From positions 45,880,001 to 45,944,000 of the forward strand of contig NC_083276.1 in NCBI RefSeq assembly GCF_963506605.1: a stretch of DNA of 64,000 nt. Reading direction: 5' to 3'. Below the pieces are notes generated by a model, which was not told the DNA's origin, ran no database searches, and worked only from the letters and a program-made list of their open reading frames with translations. A program made the translations under genes and the position numbers. The DNA comes from Zootoca vivipara (lineage: Eukaryota). Positions 41,641 through 53,239 of this stretch are shown piece after piece. Each line of letters starts with the position of its first letter. The first letter of the stretch is position 1.

Positions 41641-43758
41641 ATGACTAACCGCCACACATGGCAACTGGTGCTGATCTCATGGAATGTTTTGTGTGAGACT
41701 GCAGGTCAGAAACCACCACAAGGCTTTATGTATGCCTCTTATGAGGTGACCATCCCAAGAAAACTAAACCCAAGGTATGGACAAGAACGTCATGATGTCA
41801 CCTACCTACTGCAGATTGAGGGGAAAAGCCATGTAGTGCATCTCAAGCAGAACAGGGGCTTTGTCGCTAAACACCTCCCTGTCTTCACTTACAGTAAGGA
41901 GGGAGACCTCCAGATGGAGTATCCTTTCATCAGAGATGACTGCTTCTACCGTGGCTTAGTACAAGACAAGCCTTTCTCCTGGGTCACCCTCAGCACTTGC
42001 TCAGGGGGTCTCAGGGGTCTGCTGCATTTAGAAAATGACACCTATGAAATTCAGCCTGTGCAGAGATCTGCTTCTTCTCAACATGTGGTGTATAGGTTGG
42101 AAGAAATAGAGGGTGCTGCACGCATGATGTGTGGGTTAACAGAAGAAGAGCAAAGGCATCAAGAGGCCATGATCCGAAAAACAGATATAGTGGCTAAGGG
42201 TGCTCCAGAAGGAGGTTGGTGGACACACACCCGTTATGCAGAGGTTGCAATTGTTGTGGATTATGAAAGATATGTGAGAATTGATAGAAATGAAACTGTT
42301 GCTGCAATGCGAGTTCTAGATGTCATTCATGTTGCTAATTCATTATATAAGCAAATTGGTGTTGTCGTGACTCTTGTTGGATTGGAGATTTGGTCAGAAA
42401 AGAACCTCATTGTGATTGATAACAACATTAACATCCTTCTTTCTAATTTCAATGACTGGAGAACAAACACCCTAAATAAACATTTAAAGAACGATGCTGC
42501 TCATTTATTTGTATATAAGGGTTTTGGACGTACGCGAGGATTATCATATTTAGGAACAATCTGTTGGACTGATCGGGCATGTGGTGTTGAATCATATGTT
42601 GGCTATAGTTTGTCTGATTTTTCTAATACATTTACTCATGAATTAGGACATAATCTTGGCATGCAACATGATTCAAAATACTGTACTTGTGAACGAAGTA
42701 AGTGCATTATGGCTGCAGCTCAGGCAAACACAGATAAGTTTAGCAACTGCAGTTATCAGAATTATTTTGAGCTAAGGAACACTCCATGTTTGTTAATTCC
42801 GCCAGAGCCTGATAAAATGTATAAACTCAAACAGTGTGGTAACAAAGTAGTGGAAGATGGAGAGCAATGTGACTGTGGTTCACCAGATCAATGCAAGTTG
42901 GATCCATGTTGCCAGTCTAATTGCATGCTCCGCCCAGGTGCCAGTTGTGCTTTTGGACGGTGTTGTGCTAAGTGTCAGTATCTTCCAGCTCATTATGTCT
43001 GCAGACAAGAGGTTAGCAGCTGTGATCTTCCCGAGTACTGCAATGGGACTTCAGAATGGTGTCCTGAAGATGTTTATGTACAAGATGGTGCCCCGTGTAG
43101 TGATGGTGTATACTGCTATCATGGAAATTGCATAACTCACAGTCAGCAGTGCAAAATGATCTTTGGCATGGAAGCAACAGCTGCATCAAAGGATTGCTTC
43201 AATAAACTGAATGGTCGAGGGGATCGCTTTGGCAACTGTGGCCTTAGAGATGGAACTTATAAGAAATGCAGTGCTAAGAATATCCTATGTGGAAAAATCC
43301 AGTGTGAAAATGTTTATAAACTACCTTCTTTGGAGGAACACAGCACCCTAGTTAATATACCCATTGGCAATAGGAAATGCTGGAGTACAGACTACCACAG
43401 TGGAATGGAGATACCTGATATTGGAGCAGTGAGAGATGGGACTCCTTGTGGCAAGAACATGATGTGTATTAATGGGGACTGCAAGAATGTATCCCTCTTG
43501 AACTATGATTGTAATTTCACAATGTGCCACTATAGGGGTATATGCAATACTCATAAACATTGTCATTGTGATTATGGCTGGGCCCCTCCAAACTGCCTCT
43601 ATAAAGGCTTTGGTGGCAGCATTGACAGCGGGCCTCCTCCACGAGATAACATTCAGGATCGTAGCAATCTCAGTGCAGGAATAAGACAAGTAATTGGATT
43701 TGTTGTTCTGCTACTATTGTTGTTGTTGGTCTGGATATTTATTTCAGGAACGGACTGA
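41641..43758 (+). CDS. Intronless ADAM20/21-like, copy 5 (705 aa, very short tail)
   Basis: Complete domain set, HELGHNLGMQHD. Confidence 0.93.
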   Translation: MTNRHTWQLVLISWNVLCETAGQKPPQGFMYASYEVTIPRKLNPRYGQERHDVTYLLQIEGKSHVVHLKQNRGFVAKHLPVFTYSKEGDLQMEYPFIRDDCFYRGLVQDKPFSWVTLSTCSGGLRGLLHLENDTYEIQPVQRSASSQHVVYRLEEIEGAARMMCGLTEEEQRHQEAMIRKTDIVAKGAPEGGWWTHTRYAEVAIVVDYERYVRIDRNETVAAMRVLDVIHVANSLYKQIGVVVTLVGLEIWSEKNLIVIDNNINILLSNFNDWRTNTLNKHLKNDAAHLFVYKGFGRTRGLSYLGTICWTDRACGVESYVGYSLSDFSNTFTHELGHNLGMQHDSKYCTCERSKCIMAAAQANTDKFSNCSYQNYFELRNTPCLLIPPEPDKMYKLKQCGNKVVEDGEQCDCGSPDQCKLDPCCQSNCMLRPGASCAFGRCCAKCQYLPAHYVCRQEVSSCDLPEYCNGTSEWCPEDVYVQDGAPCSDGVYCYHGNCITHSQQCKMIFGMEATAASKDCFNKLNGRGDRFGNCGLRDGTYKKCSAKNILCGKIQCENVYKLPSLEEHSTLVNIPIGNRKCWSTDYHSGMEIPDIGAVRDGTPCGKNMMCINGDCKNVSLLNYDCNFTMCHYRGICNTHKHCHCDYGWAPPNCLYKGFGGSIDSGPPPRDNIQDRSNLSAGIRQVIGFVVLLLLLLLVWIFISGTD

Positions 43759-45277
43759 GACTGAAGTTCTTACATTTAAGCAGAAGAGTTTGTCAAGCAC
43801 AAAAAAGAATAAATTCTGAAATGGATCACAGAAATGAACAATTGGCAATGTGCCAGACACAGAACAAACAATAGATTGTACTCTGTAGATATACATTCAA
43901 TTTGCTAAGTTTTTGATTATTTTTTAAAAATCTCTTCATTAAATTTTCCTCCTAGGCACTCTAGGTTGTGAAAATCCTGGTTTCCTCAACAGGGGAGAAT
44001 TATGTTATACGTTGAGCCACACTACATCCTCTGTCTTCCAGAAAGTATTCCCTCTACCCAGGGCTCCCCCCCCCCTCAGCTGCAACTCACGAAAACCTAG
44101 TTCTGGTACCTGTCAGGTGGGCGCCATTGCCATTCTTAGAGAATGAGAGAGACATTCATAGTGAGTTCTGGCACCTCTTTTTCTAGAAAAATAGCACTGT
44201 CTCTGCCTCATGGATTTAGGAGCTGTGACAGTCTAAATATTGTTGGATAACAACTCCTATAAGCCCCAGTCAGCACTGACAATGTTCAGGGATGATGGGA
44301 GCCATTTCCAACAACATCTAGAGGGCCACAGGTTTTTTAATTGGGTGTATGTGTGTTAAACACTGAGCAGAATTCTAGTTCCCAAATAAGAACCCATTCT
44401 TAAGGAAGTGCATGGATTTTTAAAGCACCCAGGGGGTCGCACCACTGAGGGAGGAAAACCTTTAAATATTTTAATCATGCTGTGTCTGTATTTACCAAGG
44501 CAACTAAGTGACTTTCTCTGGAAATCATCTGCCTGCTTGTCAGTTGTTTCCCCTAGTTGCCTGTATGAGCAGGAAGGAGGATGGGAGCCAGCCAGCCAGG
44601 CAAGTATGTGTCTCCTGTGGCTGAGTTCCATCCCTTTCCACCAATAGTAGGCCCACCATTTTGCTGCATTCCAGATCGTCTTCCCCTTCTAGGCCAATTA
44701 GAAGGGGATGAGGAGGGCGGGGATGGAGCAGCCTGCAGGGGAAACAGGACAAGGAAAAGGAAGCAGCATTATCAACTTACCTTGTCTTCCTTCCCCTCTC
44801 TGGTCCAAAGATTGGAGTGGGTGGCCAAGCTGCTCTCCTACCCACCAACATTTCTCAGGCAAAAGTATGGATGCTTCTGTGAAACTGTAAGAAAATGAGC
44901 CCATGAGTGCAGGAGGCAGGATTAACACAACAACCTCCTGCTTTTGGCCTGAAAAACATTTGAAGTCTAAACTTTGCACATGGACAGTGGTAATTTATCA
45001 ATTATACAACTTCTGCTACTGATCTACCCTTGTTTTGATAAGAATGCCAAGCTCTTGTGAGCTTCAACTATCTGTCTCTTCATTGTAAATTCAAACAAGC
45101 ACATTTCTTTGCTTCTGGTGAAGTTCCCTAAAAAACAATTAAACAATTAAAAACAAGTCTATGAAATCAGCTTTCTGTAACCAGAACTTACCTCCTCACA
45201 AAACACACACTTATTTACAGTAATAGGTAATTCTCCTCCCTAGCAGCTTTTAAAGCACAATAGCCATCCATCTATAG

Positions 45278-45413
45278 CAGGCATCCCCAAACTGCGGCCC
45301 TCCAGATGTTTTGGCCTACAACTCCCATGATCCCTAGCTAAGAGGACCAGTGGTCAGGGATGATGGGAATTGTAGTCCAAAACATCTGGAGGGCCAAAGT
45401 TTGGGGACGCCTG
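45278..45413. mobile_element. hAT MITE
   Basis: TIR CAGGC(A/G)TCCCCAAACT; 8-bp TSD ATCTATAG. Confidence 0.8.
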
Positions 45414-47675
45414 ATCTATAGGCTGCTAGTTTGTTTTATAATGACTCAGGTTAAATTATTGCAAGTTCAAGTTACTTCCAACGGTGTTCAGACACCTTTT
45501 GGAGTGATTTTACCCTCTTGAATTTGCTTTTCAGCTTCCTTTTTACCAGTTTCCTCTGTGGTGGACCCTATACCTTTCCCCCTAATTGAGGCATATTTTA
45601 CTGCCAGTACTGGGGAACCAGAAAACCTGATGTGATGGTGACTTAAATGTGCCCCCCACCCAGCAAGAGTAAGTTAGCCTTGTGGTAGTGTACTGTATGT
45701 AGTTCTTAGGCTTGGTTTAAAATATTGTCCCACCTTCACAGAGTACTGCCTCTTGGGTATATAACTCAGCCCCAGAACAGATGCAGAGTGGTCCTTTATT
45801 TAATATAGCACCACCACCACCACTTTTAAACTGGCACTTTGAGTCTTATGCAAGTTAAAACAGAAAAAGGAAATATTTCAGAAGAATGGTAAAAAGAGAT
45901 ATGTTGGGAGTTGGAATCAGTAAACTATAAATTGAGTTCAGTAGATGTCGCAGGTTTTTCAATAATATGTTACATGTGCATCTTAGGTTTACTTCAGTTA
46001 CTTAGACTAGTTACAGAGGTGTTACAGCTTGGGTTTCAACAACTGAAACTGGCTAGTACTCTCTGTCAGGCTAGTACTAACCTGCCTATTGTCCTTCAGA
46101 TTCCCAACCCTTAGAAGTCTCAGACTTGAGGCTCCTCTATTGGACTCAGTATATCAGACCAGGGGATTAGTGCACCCTCCTCTGCTAACTGGTTTAGGAT
46201 TCTTTTTCTCTAACTAGAAGATATATCCCCCTTCTACTGAAATGGGATTTAAGTAGAGCATTACCTCAAAACTCCACTTCTCCTATTCCAAAATTCAGCT
46301 TCCCAGATAAGCCAGATATTTTACATTGCTAACTTGTCAGTGAAAAAGCCACTGAAATACAGTACATTTAGGGCTCACAAGTTCCTATGTGAAAAGGAGG
46401 GATCTCTAGGATGAATATAGGAAGGGAGTTGCTTACACTTGACAAAATGACTTGACAAATTTTCCTTGAAATGTCCCATGCCATGTCACTCTGGGGTGAA
46501 GAGTGAAAACCCCCAACTTTCTGAAACCACAAATATTCTCTTTGGGTTGGGTCATACATACATACATCTGAGAGAAGCAAGTGTATTTGTTTGGTTGAAG
46601 CTATGGATTACTCCATAAAGGAACTGATAACCTGACTTGGTTGGCAATTTTGAGCAGACTCAACCTGCAATGCCCCAAAGCAGAGAGTTAGTTGCTTCCT
46701 CATGTTACAAACAGAAACTGTATCATGGGTTGGGGTAGTTTTGCAAGGGGCATACCATGCAAGTTGCTACTGAGCTCTCCACCATGAAAATGTCCAGACA
46801 AGCTCACCACCTCACCTCAGGTACATTATGTAATTTGCTCCCACAAGGTACAATGATGGCCATCAACTCGTGTAACTTTAAAACAGAGTTAGACAAAATC
46901 TATGAAGGATAAGGCTATCAAAGGCTACTTGCCAAAATGGCTGGCATGCCTCAATTATTAGAGGCAGTATGTGACTCAATAGCACTTCCCGAGTATCACA
47001 AGTGGGGTAAACATACAGTTCCTGATTGTGGGCTTCCTAGTGGGAACTGCTTGGCCACTGAAGAAACAATATGTTGCATCAGATGGACCTTTGGTCTGAT
47101 CCAGCAGGGTTTTTTCTTATGTTCTGTAAGTGCCTGTTCAGCTAAACCTCTCTTCCATCCATTTTCTCTACTAAGTTCTGTGCTCAACCAAGCTCCGCCC
47201 AAATTCCAAAGGTAAATCTACTGACTGTTGCTATGGACATAATTCTCTTGCTTCCCAACTTGCTTGAGGTTCAAAGGAAGCTTCCGTGTGTTGAATGACA
47301 TGCAAGAGTGGCGTGCTCTAGTGAATTCATTCACCCGTCAGGGAAAATGACTAATGATCTTGCCTGGCTGCTGATGCTGATTTCATGGAATGTTTTGAGT
47401 GAGAATGCAGGTCAGAAACCACCACAGGGTTTTAGATATGCTTCTTATGAAGTGGTCATCCCAAGGAAACTGACCCCCAGATATGGACTATAAGAACCCC
47501 ATGATGTCACGTACCTGCTGCAGATTGAGGGGAAGGGCCATGTTGTGTATCTCAAGCAGGAGAGGGGCTTCACTGCTACCGGTAAACACCTCCCTGTCTT
47601 CACTTACAGTAAGGAGGGAGCAAAATAAAAAATTCCTTCAGTAGCACCTTAAAGACCAACTAAGTTTATATTTTG

Positions 47676-47713
47676 GTATGAGCTTTCGTGTGCATGCACA
47701 CTTCTTCAGATAC
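47676..47713 (-). ncRNA. Minimal type I hammerhead ribozyme (Penelope pLTR)
   Basis: GTAT-CTGAAGA-A-GTGTGCATGCACAC-GAAA-GCTC-ATAC. Confidence 0.75.
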
Positions 47714-47872
47714 ACTAGAAACAGAAGTGTCAGACCCTATATATATACAGAGGGTGGTGGGGGTGGGTGGGAATGGGTGATGGGCTGATGGGAGTGGTAA
47801 ACCTGTAGATGGCTGTTAATGGCTGCTGATGGCTGCAATTAGTCCTGGGCTGAGGTGCTAAAGAAAGCTTGA

Positions 47873-48319
47873 TCATGCATAATGAGATAAGAATCCGATG
47901 TCTCTATTCATCCCAGGTGCTTCCATGGTTTTAAGCTTGGTAATGATTTCCAATTCAGCAACTTCTCTTTCCAGTCTGTTCCTGAAATTTCTCTGTAATA
48001 AAACAGCTGCTTTGAGATCTTGTATAGAATGTCCTGGGAGATTGAAGTGTTCTCCTACTGGTTTTTCAGTCTTATGGTTCCTGATGTCAGATTTATGTCC
48101 ATTTATCCTTTGGCGTAGGGTTTGGCCTGTTTGTCCAATATAGAGAGCTGAAGGGCACCGTTGGCATTTGATGGCATACACAATGTTAGAAGATGAGCAA
48201 TTAAATAGTCCTGAGATGGTATGTTGGATGTTGTTGGGGCCAGTAATGATGTTGTCCGGGTGTATGTGGCTGCAAAGTTGGCATCTGGGTTTATTGCAGG
48301 CTCTGGTACCAGTGTCCAT
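47873..48319 (-). pseudogene. Penelope GIY-YIG endonuclease domain fragment
   Basis: CNKPRCQLC..H linker, NIVYAIKC..C...YIGQT...R..H, E..I, GMN. Confidence 0.85.
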
Positions 48320-48573
48320 GTCAAGTCTGGTGGTTGTATTATTGTGGGTGAGGAGTTCTTATCTCATTATGCATGATTCTTATCGGATTCGGATTCTTAT
48401 CTCATTATGCATGATCAAGCTTTCTTTAGCACCTCAGCCCAGGACTAATTGCAGCCATCAGCAGCCATTAACAGCCATCTACAGGTTTACCACTCCCATC
48501 AGCCCATCACCCATTCCCACCCACCCCCACCACCCTCTGTATATATATAGGGTCTGACACTTCTGTTTCTAGT

Positions 48574-48611
48574 GTATCTGAAGAAGTGTGCATGCACACG
48601 AAAGCTCACAC
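48574..48611 (+). ncRNA. Minimal type I hammerhead ribozyme, second copy
   Basis: Same core; T>C at 48609 weakens stem I. Confidence 0.65.
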
Positions 48612-49786
48612 CAAAATATAAACTTAGTTGGTCTTTAAGGTGCTACTGAAGGAATTTTTTATTTTGCTTCGACTCAGACCAACACGGCTACCTACCTGTA
48701 ACTAGAAGTAAGGAGGGAGACCTCCAGACAGACTATCCTTTCATCAGAGATGACTGCTTCTACCGTGGCTTTGTACAAGACAAGCCTTCCTCCTGGGTCA
48801 CCCTCAGCACTTGCTCAGGAGGCCTCATGGGTCTGTTGCACTTAGAAAATGGCACCTATGAAGTTGAACCTATTCAGGCGTCTGCTTCTTCTTCTCAACA
48901 TGTGGTGTATAGGTTGGAAGAAAAGGAGGATGCTGTTCACATGAGGTGTGGGCTAGCAAAGGAAGAGGAGTCTGGTATGCACATACCCGGTACGTGAAGC
49001 TTTCAATTGTGATAGAGCATCAACTATATGCCAAGTTTAACAGAAATGAAAGTCATGTTACTATGGACGTTTTGGATGTCATCCGCACTTCAAACTCACT
49101 ATATGAGCCGCTTGCTGTTGAGTTGTCTATAACTGCACTGGAGATATGGTCAGCAAGAAACCCCATAAAAGTTGTTAATGATATGGATATTACACTAGAT
49201 AATTTTAATCTCTGGAAAAGAGAATCACTCACTAGGCATATACAAAATGATGCTTCTCATTTATTCATATATAAGAAGTTTGACTTTACACCTGGAAAAG
49301 CTTTCCTAGGAACAGTTTGCGATCAATATATGGCAACTGGAGTTGAATCATATATGGGTTTTAGTTTGTTTGAATTTTCTGTCATATTTACTCATGAATT
49401 AGGACATAATCTTGGCATGCAACATGATGGAGAATTTTGTAAATGTGATCGGCCTAAATGCATTATGGCTGCATTTCACGCAAACTGATAAATTAAGCAA
49501 TTGCAGTTACAATGAGTACTACAAGCTAAGGAACAATCCATGTTTATTCATTCCACCAGACTCTGATAAAATGTTTAAATTTGCATACTGTGGCAACAAG
49601 GTAATGGAAGATGGAGAGCAATGTGACTGCGGTTCTCCTGAAGATGTTTATGTACAAGATGGCACCCCGTGTAGTGTTGGTGTATACTGTTATCATGGGA
49701 ATTGCACAACTCACAGTGGACAGTGTAAAATGATATTTGGCAACAAAGCAACCGGTGCTTCAAGGGCTTGCTTCAATTATATGAAT

Positions 49787-50075
49787 GTTCAAATCCCCAC
49801 GATGGAGTGAGCTCCTGTTGCTTGGTCCCTGCTCCTGTCAACCTAGTAGTTCGAAAGCACGTCAAAGTGCAAGTAGATGAATAGGTACCGCTCCGGTGGG
49901 AAGGTAAATGGCGTTTCCGTGTGCTGCTCTGGTTCGCCAGAAGCGGCTTAGTCATACTGGCCACATGACCTGGAAGCTGTATGCCGGCTCCCTCGGCCAA
50001 TAGAGCAAGATGAGCGCCGCAACCCCAGAGTTGGTCACAACTGGACCTAATGGTCAGGGGTCCCTTTACCTTTAC
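49787..50075 (+). mobile_element. Sauria SINE, 5'-truncated
   Basis: Homologous to ~39417-39733; tail CCTTTACCTTTAC. Confidence 0.85.
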
Positions 50076-50499
50076 AAGAGGTAGATCTTTACCCTTGTCA
50101 CAAACAAAAAGGGTGGACCTTCCCAAATCTCACCTGGGGGCTTCCCTTTCTTCTCCCAGCCTCCCACCCTGGGAGATCTTCCCTTCCCTACTTCTCACAC
50201 AGGTTCCTTCACCATTCATCTGTCACCTTCCTGTGCAAACCCTCATTAACCCAGAGAAGAAGATGTCACAAAACAAGAGTAAAGTGGACAGAAAAGAAAT
50301 AACAGGAAATAAAGAGCATAAAAATAGAGAGAGAGAGAAAAAGGACTTCTGATTCTCCACCTGTCAATTATGGATATAAAGATTATTCAAAGTGTTCACT
50401 CCAGGATGGTATCCAGCTGTATTGCAGGGTAATATTCAGCTGTTCCTTAGTATGCTGAACATTGTTTTCCCAATCTTCAATACCAGATCATTTCCACAC

Positions 50500-50870
50500 A
50501 AAGGTCCAAAAGGGGGTCTTCTGTTGTTATCTTCCTGCTAGTTTTTATCAGCCAAGAGGGGCAAGGCCTCAGAGTGCAAGTGGTTAACCAATCCAAGCAA
50601 CTTGTCCACTTCCTCAAGCCTTACCAACTGAAACTCATCCAACACAACAGGACTAGACAGTGCTCTTGACACCCCTTGAGATTCATATGCTGTAACAGCA
50701 GAGTCGATATCTTGATAGATGCAAACAATTTTATCATCAAAATGCTTTGCAAACAATTCACAGTGAGTTGCTGTCAGTTCTTGCCAACTCCTTCAGGCCG
50801 AACTATAAAAGGCTCCACACTTCCAGTAAAAGTTCTGTCAGATGGCACAATGAGGATTCAGTGCTGAATA
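50500..50870 (-). mobile_element. L2/CR1-clade ORF2 fragment
   Basis: FAKHFDDKI...FQLV..EEV.KLL pattern just upstream of RT. Confidence 0.5.
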
Positions 50871-50916
50871 GCTTAGTTGGTGTTTTTATATTTTGCTGAA
50901 AGCTACCCAAAGTAGC

Positions 50917-51054
50917 NNNNNNNNNNNNNNNNNNNNNNNNNNNNNNNNNNNNNNNNNNNNNNNNNNNNNNNNNNNNNNNNNNNNNNNNNNNNNNNNNNNN
51001 NNNNNNNNNNNNNNNNNNNNNNNNNNNNNNNNNNNNNNNNNNNNNNNNNNNNNN
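50917..51054. other. Assembly gap
   Basis: N run. Confidence 1.
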
Positions 51055-51443
51055 GAGCTCAGACATGCATGTGTGGTCAGCTTGGAGGCATAATGAAGAA
51101 AGAGAGATGCCTAGACAGCAAGGACGTATATAGTGCTACAACTTCCTGCCAAGGCAAACAAAGGAAGTGATCTCACAGAGTTCTCTCTAGAAAAATTTAG
51201 ATGAAAGCTCTGTGAGTCTCAGCCCCTTCATGTGCCTATCTCACAAAACATGAATGCTTGCCTTGGGGTACAATAATGTACCGAAATTTCACCCAATGTA
51301 TTTTAGAAATATATTTTCTTTGTATCTTTATCTGTCAGTTTGTTTTTGTTATTGCAGTATAAACATAAATATTTAAATAATCTCTCGTAAACCAACTTGT
51401 AATTCACAAAAGTATTCACATTGCAGTATTCATATTGCAAAGT

Positions 51444-52483
51444 TGTTGTTGTTGTTTAGTTGTTTAGTCGTGTCCAACTCTTCGTGACCCCATGGACCAT
51501 AGCACGCCAGGCACTCCTGTCTTCCACTGCCTCCCGCAGTTTGGTCAAACTCATGTTGGTAGTTTCGAGAACACTGTCCAACCATCTCGTCCTCTGTCGT
51601 CCCCTTCTCCTAGTGCCCTCAATCTTTCCCAACATCAGGGTCTTTTCCAGGGAGTCTTCTCTTCTCATGAGGTGGATAAGTATTGAAGCCTCAGCTTCAC
51701 GATCCTAGTGAGCACTCAGGGCTGATCTCCTTCAGAATGGATAGGTTTGATCTTCTTGCAGTCCATGGGACTCTCAAGAGTCTCCTCCAGCACCATAATT
51801 CAAAAGCATCAATTCTTTGGTGATCAGCCTTCTTTATGGTCCAGCTCTCACTTCCTTACATCACTACTGGGAAAACCATAGCTTTAACTATACGGACCTT
51901 TGTCGGCAAGGTGATGTCTCTGCTTTTTAAGATGCTGTCTAGGTTTGTCATTGCTTTTCTCCCAATAAGCAGGCGTCTTTTAATTTTGTGACTGCTGTCA
52001 CCATCTGCAGTGATCAAGGAGCCCAAGAAAGTAAAATCTCTCACTGCCTCCATTTCTTCCCCTTCTATTTGCCAGGAGGTGATGGGACCAGTGGCCATGA
52101 TCTTGGTTTTTTTTTGGATGTTGAGCTTCAGACCATATTATGCGCTCTCCTCTTTCACCCTCATTAAAAGGTTATTTAATTCCTCCTCACTTTCTGCCCT
52201 CAAGGTTGTGTCATCTGCATATCTGAGGTTGTTGATATTTCTTCCGGCAATCTTAATTCAGTCTTGGGATTCATCTAGTCCAGCCTTTCGCATGATGAAT
52301 TCTGCATATAAGTTAAATAAGCAGGGAGACAATATACAACCTTGTCGTACTCCTTTCCCAATTTTGAACCAGTCAGTTGTTCCATATCCAGTTCTAACTG
52401 TAGCTTCTTGTCCCACATAAAGACTTCTCAGGAGACAGATGAGGTGATCAGGCACTCCCATTTCTTTAAGAACTTGCCATAGT
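51444..52483 (-). mobile_element. BovB (RTE) LINE, 5'-truncated
   Basis: GVRQGCILSPCLFNLY, LRYADD, DSLEKTLMLGKIEG; (CAA)n tail; TSD TTGCAAAGT (51435-51443, 52484-52492). Confidence 0.92.
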
Positions 52484-53239
52484 TTGCAAAGTAAGGATAC
52501 TCAAATCTCCGTATTTCCTAAAGATACTTATTTGGCATTTCTCCCTGCCCATAGGAAATTTGTCATTTTCTTCCCATTCTTTTCATGCCTTCATTTTTGT
52601 GTATATGTCAGGGATAATGTATGTCTAGTGGTTAATGTACATAACAACCAGACATTCAAACACCTCTGTACTGCTATTCTGAAAACCAGAAGTTCAAAGA
52701 ACAGCATGGGGCTGTTTCAAAGCCCTTAGCAAACAGCCTTGCACTTCTGCTTTAAACATCCAAATTCCAGGGGTTTAAAGCAAAAACATGAGGCTGCTTG
52801 CAAAGGGCTTTCAAATAGCCACACACTGCACTTTAAAGTCCCCCAACTCAGGGCTTCAAAGCACAGCAGCATTCCCCGATGTCACTGTAATGCCAGGTGA
52901 CTGATGGGTGGGCAGCCCTACTCACCTGTCAAATTTGATATCTCCCAGTTGACAGGCCAGTGTGGTCTCCCAGCCAGAAAGTATTTCCCACCACTACTAG
53001 ACACCCTCTGTTGTTATTTTCCCATTCTGTTCCATCATGGATACTTCAAACTCCGCCCACATTCCAAAAAGTGATTCTACTCACTGTTGCTATGGTCAGA
53101 ATCATCCTCCTTCTTTATCCCACATACAGTCTCCTTCCAGTCTTGCTACAGGCCCACCTGCAGCTACAGAGGGCTTCCTTGCCCTGTATAAGAAGCTGGA
53201 GTAGAGTAATTCAGCAGAAAATTTTGTCTCTTGGTGGAA

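Larger units (their letters stand above)
47621..48706. mobile_element. Penelope-like element, truncated, with inverted pseudo-LTRs
   Basis: 13-bp TSD AGTAAGGAGGGAG (47608-47620, 48707-48719); ~275-bp inverted repeat (47621-~47898 vs ~48389-48666); GIY-YIG ORF. Confidence 0.9.
47347..49786 (+). pseudogene. ADAM pseudogene (copy 6)
   Basis: TAA at 47491-47493, Penelope insertion, deletions near 48965 and 49640, frameshift near 49485; 3' end lost at a Sauria SINE. Confidence 0.9.
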
